From NCBI GenBank assembly GCA_964016885.1, contig OZ024753.1, positions 45,322,001-45,386,000 of the forward strand: 64,000 bases of DNA. The letters are read 5' to 3'. This DNA is from Eledone cirrhosa. Lineage: Eukaryota. Below, piece after piece: positions 52,589 to 64,000 of the stretch. The notes beneath the pieces are model-generated. The model was not told the DNA's origin and did not search any database. It worked only from the letters and a program-made list of their open reading frames with translations. The stretch's first letter is position 1. Each line of letters begins with the position of its first letter. The position numbers were made by a program, and so were the translations under genes.

Positions 52589-54859
52589 ACAAATATATAT
52601 AAATATATTCTTGTATATATATATGTATACACATACTCACACACACACACACACCATATATATATATATATATATATGAATATATATGAATATCTATATC
52701 TATCAATATTTCTCATCTCTCTCTCTATATATATACACACACACACACATATATATACATACATGTACACACACATATACATACATACATATATGTGTAG
52801 AGACACATATATATATATACATACATATATGTACACACACATACATATATACATACATGTACACACACACACATATATATACATACATACATACATACAT
52901 GTACACACACACATATACATACATACATACATGTACACACACATATACATACGTACATATATGTGTACAGACACATATATATACATACATATATGTACAC
53001 ACACATACATATATACATACATGTACACACACACACATATATATACATACATACATACATACATGTACACACACATATACATACATACATACATGTACAC
53101 ACACATATACATACGTACATATATGTGTACAGACACATATATATATACATACATATATGTACACACACACATACATATATACATACATGTACACACACAC
53201 ACATATATATACATACATACATACATACATGTACACACACACATATACATACATACATACATGTACACACACATATACATACGTACATATATGTGTACAG
53301 ACACATATATATATACATACATATATGTACACACACACATACATATATACATACATGTACACACACACACATATATATACATACATATCATACATACATG
53401 TACACACACACATATACATACATACATGTACACACACATATACATACGTACATATATGTGTACAGACACATATATATACATACATACATGTACACACACA
53501 TACATATATACATACATACATACATACATACATACATACATACATGTACACACACACACACACATATATATACATACATACATATATGTACACACAAATG
53601 CTTAATCCATTTTTCTTACTTTCCTCCATATCTCCCATTCAGAGATATTTTTACCACAAGTTTTCTGAAGGTGTGAAGTAAAATAAAATATAAAATAAAG
53701 AAAATAAGTATGGCCGACGGCGAGAAGAATCCCAGGCCTGGGGTGAGATTGGAAGTGATTGGAAGGGAAGGGTTTGGAAGGGAAGGGATTGGAAGGGTTT
53801 GGAAGGGGATAAGTGAGATTGATAGGATTGAGGTAGTCAACTTGAAGTGGTTTTGGAGGATTTGAGGAGTGGAGTTTAGTACTGAACATTTAGAAGGGGA
53901 GGGTGGGATGGTGGTGGTGGTGGTAGATGTAGAGGTGGTGGTAGTGGAGGAGAGAGAGAAGGTGGTGGAGAAGGAGATGGTCGTGGGGTGGTGGTGGTGG
54001 TGGTGGAGAAGGAGATGGTCGTGGGGTGGTGGTGGTGGAGAAGGAGATGGTCGTGGGGTGGTGGTGGTGGTGGTGGAGAAGGAGATGATCGTCGGGTGGT
54101 GGTGGTGGAGGTAGATGTAGAGGTGGTGGAGGAGAGAGAGAAGGTGGTGGTGGTGGTGGTGGTGGAGAAGGAGATGGTCGTGGGGTGGTGGTGGTGGTGG
54201 TGGAGAAGGAGATGGTCGTGGGGTGGTGGTGGTGGAGAAGGAGATGGTCGTGGGGTGGTGGTGGTGGTGGTGGAGAAGGAGATGATCGTCGGGTGGTGGT
54301 GGTGGAGGTAGATGTAGAGGTGGTGGAGGAGAGAGATGGTGGTGGTGGTGGTGGAGGAGAGAGAGATGGTGGTGGTGGTGGTGGTGGTGGTGGTGTTGGA
54401 GGTAGATGTAGAGGTGGTGGTGGAGGAGAGAGATGGTGGTGGTGGTGGTGGTGTTTGTGGAGGGGGAGGTGTCGGAAGTGGTGGAGGTGGTGGAGAAGGA
54501 GGAAGAGGCGGTGCACACACATACACAGATACACAGACACACACAAATTCAGAGACATACAAGAATAGAAAGTGCCCCTCCCCTCCCCCACTCTCCCACC
54601 CACACAGTAAGAATGTGACTCAATATGTAGGTCCTGTCCCTCCCCCACCATATTCCCTTGTGTGGCCGACTGGAGAGATAAGCGGAGATTTCACGATCGA
54701 ATGACATCAGTCTGGTGTTGCTTGAGATACTTCTGTCAGTTGTTCTCGCTCTCTCTCTATATATATATTATATATATATATATATCCTCCTCACTCTCTC
54801 CATCTCCCTCTTCTCCCTCTCCACCTCTCTCCTCCACACCCTCCCCACTTACATCTCCA

Positions 54860-54924
<65 letters not shown>

Positions 54925-55130
54925 CAAAGGAATTGTGGTAAGGAACCAGATGGACCATAACGCACCAGAGTACTCAATACTTAGGGTAGTAGAGTGGGAA
55001 ATAGGAAAAAGTATGACCCCGACGCCAGAGCTCAAGCCGTTTCGACTCAGTCCAGAAATAGCCGTCGAAACGGTTGAGCTCTGCCGACGGGGTCATACTT
55101 TTTCCTAAATATATATATATATATATACCA

Positions 55131-55187
<57 letters not shown>

Positions 55188-55188
55188 A

Positions 55189-55225
<37 letters not shown>

Positions 55226-55226
55226 A

Positions 55227-55259
<33 letters not shown>

Positions 55260-55260
55260 A

Positions 55261-55297
<37 letters not shown>

Positions 55298-55669
55298 ACC
55301 ATCACGTCCCACCCATCACCACTGCCTCACCGCCACCATCACCTCCCACCCATCACCACTGCCTCACCGCCACCATCACCTCCCACTCATCATCACGACT
55401 CCCCCAATAGGAATCACGATTCTAGGTTTGATTAGGTCAAAGTTGACATTACCATGGTAACGGAAAATATATTGTGAAATATTTCTTTCCAGAAAAATGC
55501 ATTTTGGCAGATGAAAACAGCAACAACAGCAACAACAACAACAGTAACAACAACAACAACAACAAAAGCTATCAAACAGAAAATATGAAAAGTTTACATA
55601 ATTCTGTCTCGTTGGATTTTATTCCTGGAATAATATATTGGTAACATGGTGGACCTGTAAATATTTGGG

Positions 55670-55898
55670 TGGTTTGGTGGTGGTTTAGTGGTTGGTTTGG
55701 TGGTTGGTTTGGTGGGTGGTTGGGTGGTTTGGTGGTCTGGTGGTTGGTTTGGTGGGTGGTTGGGTGGTTTGGTGGTCTGGTGGTTGGTTTGGTGGGTGGT
55801 TGGGTGGTTTGGTGGTCTGGTGGTTGGTTTGGTGGGTGGTTGGGTGGTTTGGTGGTCTGGTGGTTGGTTTGGTGGGTGGTTTAGTGGTTGGTTTGGTA
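55670..55898. repeat. 39-bp GT-rich minisatellite
   Basis: Direct inspection. Confidence 0.85.
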
Positions 55899-56705
55899 GT
55901 TTCTACTTTAGGCATAAGGCCAGCAATTTAAAGGGAAAGGTTAAAGTCAATTAAATCGACCCCAGTGCATTACTGGTATTTTATTTTATCGACTCCGTAT
56001 GGATGACAGGCAATGCTAAACTCGGCAGGTTTTGAACTTCGAACGTAAAGGAAGGTAACTATATGCCACAAAGCATGTTCGATGCTCTACCGATTCTACA
56101 GCTAATCCATTGCTCTGTTCTTTATTAGCCACACAAGGCTAAAAAAATGAAAAACGTGTTACTTCTGATTTAGGCACAAGGCCAACAAATCTTTTTGGGG
56201 GAGAGGAAAGTCGATTAAATCAGCCCCAGTGTGTTATAATAAAAACAACAACAACAAAATATGATAATAATAATATTATATAATAATTGTTTCTACTTTA
56301 GGCAATTACGCAGTGCATTACTGGTATTACCCAGAGCATTACTGCATTTTATCGACCCCGTAAGGGTGAAAGGCAAAGTTAACCTCGGCGGGATTTGAAC
56401 TCAGATTGTAAAGGGACGTAACTATGGTGGAAAGCATGGCGTCCGACGCTCTACCGATACTGCCAATCCACCAATGATAATAATAATAATATTATATAAT
56501 GATGTTTCTGCGTTTATTCACTTTTAAATGCTAAAGTAAAAGCAACAAAATGGCGGATCATTTCCCTGTTTTAACATCCGGTTTGTTGGCATCCATTGCA
56601 GTAATCTCTACTGTGGGCACTGCAAGTGCAACAGTACGAATTTAGAAAGTATTTCAAACTTCAAACGAGTACACACACACACACATATATATACATCCAC
56701 ACACA

Positions 56706-56776
<71 letters not shown>

Positions 56777-56966
56777 TTTTGGAGTAGTGCTAATCAAAAC
56801 TGCAGTGACATTTTAGAGAACAAGTAGAACCAAACCGGGAAGCTGTATAAAATATTTTTTTTATCTCAATATGTATAAGGAACCCAGGAGCCTGGATTTC
56901 ATAAAAATTATAAATATATCTCGAGAAAAGAGATTTATATACATACATACCACTATATATATATAG

Positions 56967-57047
<81 letters not shown>

Positions 57048-57092
57048 TATATATATGTATATATATATGTATATATACATACATATATGTAT

Positions 57093-57131
<39 letters not shown>

Positions 57132-57641
57132 CACACACACACACGCACACACACACACACACACACACAAGGAGAATATTTTATATATATATATATATAA
57201 AATATTCTCCTTATGAAATTTTAAAAAATGAAATAAATTCCAAAAATCTTGAAATAAAATAAAATTTGACATTTGACGTAAAAGAGGAATTGAATGAAGA
57301 TAAAAATAAATAAATATATTATTAATCTTCACGTGGGTGGAGTTTAAAAGAAAGGAGGGAACATACCCGCACACAGGTAGAAAGTTGCTGATATATATAG
57401 ATATATATAGATATATATGCATATATATGATGGCTGCCCCCTCGTTATCGAGTAGGGCCATTGCACGAAAAAAAGAAAAGAAATAATAATAATAACGACA
57501 ATAATAATTGTTTCTACTTTAGGCACAAGGCCAGCAATTACCCAGTACATTACTGGTACTTTATTTTATCGACCCCGTAAGGATGAAAGGCAAAGTTAAC
57601 CTCGGCGGGATTTGAACTCAGACCGTGAAGGGACGTAAATA

Positions 57642-57696
<55 letters not shown>

Positions 57697-57786
57697 AATA
57701 TATATATATAAATAGATATATATATAAATATATAAATATATATATATATATATAAATATATATATATATAAATATATATATATATA

Positions 57787-57818
<32 letters not shown>

Positions 57819-57831
57819 AATATATATAAAT

Positions 57832-57898
<67 letters not shown>

Positions 57899-58155
57899 CA
57901 TGAATTTAGCCCCAGTGAAAATCTCTCTGCAAATATCTTATGTTAGAGGCCTCCTACTGATAAGAACGAGGTTGGTATCTAATGACGGGATTGTTAGCGA
58001 AGTTTATTCCGGAAGGTATAGAAAACACACACACACACACACACTCACACACACATATATATATATATACACATATATACACACAAATATACACACATAC
58101 ATACATAGTTACATACATATATACATCTATATATAGATACAAAATTGCAAACACA

Positions 58156-58211
<56 letters not shown>

Positions 58212-58394
58212 CCACCTGTATATACACTAATACACAACATCCGACCGGCAGGTATGAATACACTATCACCCCTCCCCTTCTCCCACCACTCACACATACG
58301 TATATACACAATACTTGTAATCCAACAGGCATCTACACACACACACACATATATATATATATATGCATATTCATTTACATAATGCAACGTATTG

Positions 58395-58452
<58 letters not shown>

Positions 58453-59124
58453 ACAATTTCATATAATCCAAGAGAGGTACAAACACATTTACACACATAC
58501 ATACATACACACATATTCTGATATATACACATACTCTTGTTATACACACATACTCTTACTATACACACATACTCTAGTTATACACACATATCCTCATATA
58601 CACTCCCATGGATGTTAGCATTTGTTTCAGTAACAACAACAACTAAACTACAAATACAACAAAACAACAACAACGACATCAACAACAGCACAAACAACAA
58701 CAACAACAGCAGCAACTTAAACAACAGCAACAACGAAATTTGTCCAAATCTTTTCAATAGGGTTTAATGAGTCAGTTTAAGCAGTACATTCAACGATAGT
58801 CAGTAGGTGGCTCTGCTTGTTTCCTGTATTAAGTATCCTGTAAAGAAACCCGACGGAGGAAGAAAACTAAATTTTTTTTTATTATTTTGTTAAAAAACAA
58901 AACAAAACAAACAAATGAAAGAAAATTTCTAAATAATGTTAATAATAATTAATAAATATTAATGAATAAATAAAAATCGAAGTGAAAGAAGCAGCAAATT
59001 AGATTCCTGTGTAAGATGCTTAGGATTATTCTATCATACATTGTGAAATTTGTGTTCCTATATTTATATCAAAATTTACGGCTTTAAACATCTTTTATTC
59101 CTTATTTGTGACACGCTTGTGATC

Positions 59125-59510
59125 TTCTTGAACTAATAACCGGAGTTTTCTTAGTTCCAGTTCCCTCTTGATCTAATAACCAAAGGTTTCTTGGTTCAAG
59201 TCCCTCCTTGATTTAATAACCAAATGTTTCTTGGTTCAAGTCCCTCTTGATCTAATAACCAAAGATTTCTTGGTTCAAGTCCCTCCTTGATCTAATAACC
59301 AGAGATTTCTTGGTTCAAATATCGCCTTGACCTAATAACCAGAGATTTCTTGGTTCAAGTCCCTCTTGATCTAATAACCAGAGATTTCTTGGTTCAAGTC
59401 CCTCCTTGATCTAATAACCAAAGATTTCTTGGTTCAAGTCTCGCCTTGATCTAACAACCAGAGATTCTTGGTTCAAGTCTCTCCCAATAACCAGAAGTTT
59501 CTTAGTTTCA
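59125..59510. repeat. ~39-40-bp minisatellite (CTTGATCTAATAACCAGAGATTTCTTGGTTCAAGTCCCT)n
   Basis: About 10 units. Confidence 0.9.
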
Positions 59511-59847
59511 GCTTCCAATTAATCGATTGGTCTTCCGTCAGTTATAACGACCCCCAAAATAGATAGAGCACTTGATGGACAATACTACAGTAGTCTCGCT
59601 ACACCACACCACACTATACCACATTATTTGGTTTTCAAATATTGTTACAATAAGATATTGTTTTAAAACTTATTTTCTAACTACAACGATCTCAACTAGA
59701 TCAGACAACCACCACCACCACCACCACCACCACCACCACCACCACCACCACCACCACAACAACAACAACAACAAAAAACTAAAGCCAGCCCATTTATTTA
59801 ACATAAAATATCAATTATTTATATTTTATAGCCACAAAACATTTAGC

Positions 59848-59890
<43 letters not shown>

Positions 59891-60061
59891 GCAGACAGTA
59901 ACAACAACAACAGCAGCAGACAACAACAACAACAACAGCAGACAACAGCAGACAACAACAACAACAACAACAGACACCACCACCACTACCACCACCACCA
60001 CCAACAACAGCAGACACCACCACCACCACCACCACCACCACCACCAACAGACACCACCACC

Positions 60062-60093
<32 letters not shown>

Positions 60094-60277
60094 CAGACAA
60101 CAACAACAACAACAACATTTATAAATTTCTATGAAATGTCTAAAAGTGTTTCATGATTCAACATTTGAGGAATATGGAACTGGTAACATCCATTATTGGA
60201 GAGAGATGGAGTGTGTGTGCGTATAGATGTGTGTGTATATATGTGTGTGCATGTGTGTATGTGTGTATATATGTGTA

Positions 60278-60308
<31 letters not shown>

Positions 60309-61204
60309 ATAGATGTGTGTATGTGTGTGTATATATGTGTGTGTGTGTGTGTGTATAGATGTGTGTATGTGTGTGTATAGATGTGTGTGTATATATGTGT
60401 GTATGTATAATTGTGTGTGTATGTGTTTAAGTGTTGATGTGTATGTGTTTAACTGTGTTTATATGTGTTTAGGTGTATGTGTTTAGATGTGTGTATGTGT
60501 TTAATGGTGGTGGTGGTGATGATGATGGTGATGGTGATGGTGATGATGATGATGATGATGATGATGATAGTATGTTGATTACGTCACTAGACTGACCGTT
60601 TCAGATATTTTCTATATTCTGTATGACATATATAGCGTTGCTATAGCAACAGTCTCCAGTACAAATACACTCGTGGGGGGGGGGATAGTTACACAACAAC
60701 ACAAGGTGTAGTTATTGTCTAATGGAGGACTCAATACCATACACAAGGTGTAGTTATTCTGTGATGAAGAACTCAATACCAAACTCACGGTGAATAATAT
60801 ATTGAGAAACACACACATCATATGATTTTCACTTTATCTTCATTACTAGTCGTTGGTTGGTTCGTCAAAGGTCTTTCATCACACATCCTGTGACCTCTTC
60901 AATGACTATTTCTTCTCTTTTATGCCTCTTTTTATTTCTGATCTTAACCTGTTACTCTATCTTCGAGTAGTAAATTAAGACCAGAGAGAAGAAGAGGTAC
61001 AAAGGAGACTGGGCAGTCATTGATGAAATATCTTGTATATCTGTGAGGAGGAGGGGGAGGAGGAGAAGGAGGAGGAGGAGGAGGAGGAGGAGAAGGAGAA
61101 TGGCCGGGGGTATGAGGAGGAGGAGAAGGGGGGGGGGATGAAACGGTTTATTACAGTTCATTCTTTTCATAGCTAAAATATCTAATTAAAGTTTACCCTT
61201 CCCG

Positions 61205-61890
61205 CATACACACTTACACACACAGACAGACTTACATACACACTTACATACACAGACAGACTTAGATACACACTTACATACACAGACAGACTTAGATACA
61301 CACTTACATACACATACAAACTTAGATACACACTTACATACACATACAAACTTACATACACACTTACAGACACATACAGACTTACATACACACTTACACA
61401 CATACAGACTTACATACACACTTACATACACATACAGACTTACATATACTTACATACAGACTTACATACACACTTACACACACACATACAGACTTACATA
61501 CACACTTACATACACATACAGACTTACATACACACTTACACACACATACAGACTTACATACACACTTACACACATACAGACTTACATACACACTTACACA
61601 CACATACAGACTTACATACACACACACACATACAGATTTACATACACACACACACAGACTTACATACACACTTACCGACTTACATACACACTTACACACA
61701 TACAAACTTACATACACACACACATACAGACTTGCATACACACTTACATACATACAGACTTACATACACACTTACATACACATACAGACTTATATACAGA
61801 CTTACACACACATACAGACTTACATACAGACTTACACACACACTTACATACACACTTACATACACATACAGACTTACACACAGACTGACA
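61205..61890. repeat. CACTTACATACACATACAGA-type compound satellite
   Basis: Direct inspection. Confidence 0.9.
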
Positions 61891-61999
61891 GACAGACCCC
61901 CTCTCACATGTATAACAAATAGAAGTATGTTTCTTGCTATCTCGAGTACTTAGAAATATCTACCAAAGTCCTGTAGCTATAGTAGAAGTCTCGTGTCCA

Positions 62000-62061
<62 letters not shown>

Positions 62062-62249
62062 TTCTTTTTTTTCTTTTTGATTCGCCATTTTATCTACATT
62101 ATTCAATATAATTTACACATAAACCCGATATCATCATCATCACCAGCACTACCACCATCACCACTACTACTACTACTGCCACTATTACTACTACTACTGC
62201 TGCTACTACTACTACTGCTACCACTACTACTGCTACTACTACCACTACC

Positions 62250-62280
<31 letters not shown>

Positions 62281-62326
62281 TTACTACTGCTACTACTACT
62301 ACGACTACGACTACTACCACCACTAT

Positions 62327-62375
<49 letters not shown>

Positions 62376-62517
62376 GCTGCTCTGCTACTACTACTACTAC
62401 TGCTGCTCTGCTACTACTACTACTACTACTAGCAAAAGACACAAAGATCGTGACTAAACTTACTTTCAAAGGTATCCATGGTAACAGTATTGATCACTTG
62501 ATAGATCTTCGACAAAG

Positions 62518-62548
<31 letters not shown>

Positions 62549-62745
62549 ACAAAAACACTAACTATATGAGCAACACCACCACCACCACCACAAACAACAC
62601 CACCACCATAAACAACAACAACAACAACTATATAAATAAAATTGATGATCATTTGAATATTTTTGATAACTATTGCACTGGTCATCTTGTTTTAGTATTT
62701 AGTAGTGTTGTTGTTGTGGTGGTGGTTGACACTCACATACACACA

Positions 62746-62830
<85 letters not shown>

Positions 62831-62937
62831 CACTCACATACACACACACACATGATTTGTTTATCTCAAACTAAACATAAAATTGTCATTTAAAATATTT
62901 TCTGTTATACAGTTAAATATTTCTAGTTCTTAATACT

Positions 62938-63032
<95 letters not shown>

Positions 63033-63395
63033 AACTTCCTTGACAGCAAAGCATTGCTAAGTTGTATGTGTTTGCGAGCGCATATGAAAGAGCGAGAGAG
63101 AGAGAGAGAGAGAACGATATTTTGAACATCTCTGTCAGTATACCGCCCCCCCCACACACAAAGGTATATATATATATATATTTAAACTTAAGCCCCCAAA
63201 ATATATATGGTGTAGTGAATTTTGTAAAAATATTTATATCCAAAGTTGCCAGAGCACTCAATCTGAGGAACGAGAAGTAATATATAAAATTTGCTTAAAT
63301 TCACATTTTCAAACTGATCATCTGCGAAAATAACAATTTCCTTTGCGAAATACGCATATTCGAGAGATGAAAGTCTTGTGAAATTAACAAAATTT

Positions 63396-63483
<88 letters not shown>

Positions 63484-63493
63484 TATATACATA

Positions 63494-63534
<41 letters not shown>

Positions 63535-63536
63535 AC

Positions 63537-63594
<58 letters not shown>

Positions 63595-63600
63595 GTGTAC

Positions 63601-63648
<48 letters not shown>

Positions 63649-63654
63649 GTGTAC

Positions 63655-63696
<42 letters not shown>

Positions 63697-63708
63697 GTGT
63701 ACGTACAC

Positions 63709-63781
<73 letters not shown>

Positions 63782-63799
63782 AGTACACATATATATATA

Positions 63800-63834
<35 letters not shown>

Positions 63835-63840
63835 GTACAC

Positions 63841-63904
<64 letters not shown>

Positions 63905-63905
63905 A

Positions 63906-63940
<35 letters not shown>

Positions 63941-64000
63941 TACGTATGGGTGTGTGTGTTCCTCGTATTATGTTAAAAGGGAGATAAATAGTATCCATTA

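Noticed and set aside
54670-54715. Minus-strand CTGATGT...GAAAT hammerhead-like string
   Set aside because: Core mismatch and no convincing stem II
58800-58816. CTCF-like motif TCAGTAGGTGGCTCTG
   Set aside because: A single short match cannot be supported without binding data
32796-63998. Many YI/IY/CV/HT-repeat ORFs
   Set aside because: Artefacts of (TA)n, (CA)n and (TATG)n repeats, which lack stop codons

Overview
Eukaryotic (animal) genomic DNA, very rich in microsatellites; the SINE/LINE families and (TA)n density suggest a cephalopod, probably octopus (inference). Two intron-rich genes lie head-to-head. On the minus strand are the first 14 coding exons (549 aa, running off the left edge) of TTC37/SKIC3, the SKI-complex TPR protein. 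On the plus strand is a complete 8-exon CARNMT1 (carnosine/histidine N-methyltransferase, 365 aa). I traced all exons by hand, with GT-AG sites and consistent phases. The rest is microsatellites, minisatellites, tRNA-derived SINEs, RTE/CR1/Tx1-L1 LINE fragments, Tc1/mariner-like MITEs and an interstitial telomeric tract. The hidden signal is a set of at least 7 unrelated short elements, many of them next to (TA)n tracts. They carry minimal type I hammerhead ribozyme motifs: five have a complete core and many others are partial or decayed. They often occur as long inverted repeats. This architecture matches non-autonomous Penelope-like or retrozyme-type elements, but no encoding RT/GIY-YIG ORF is present in the window.
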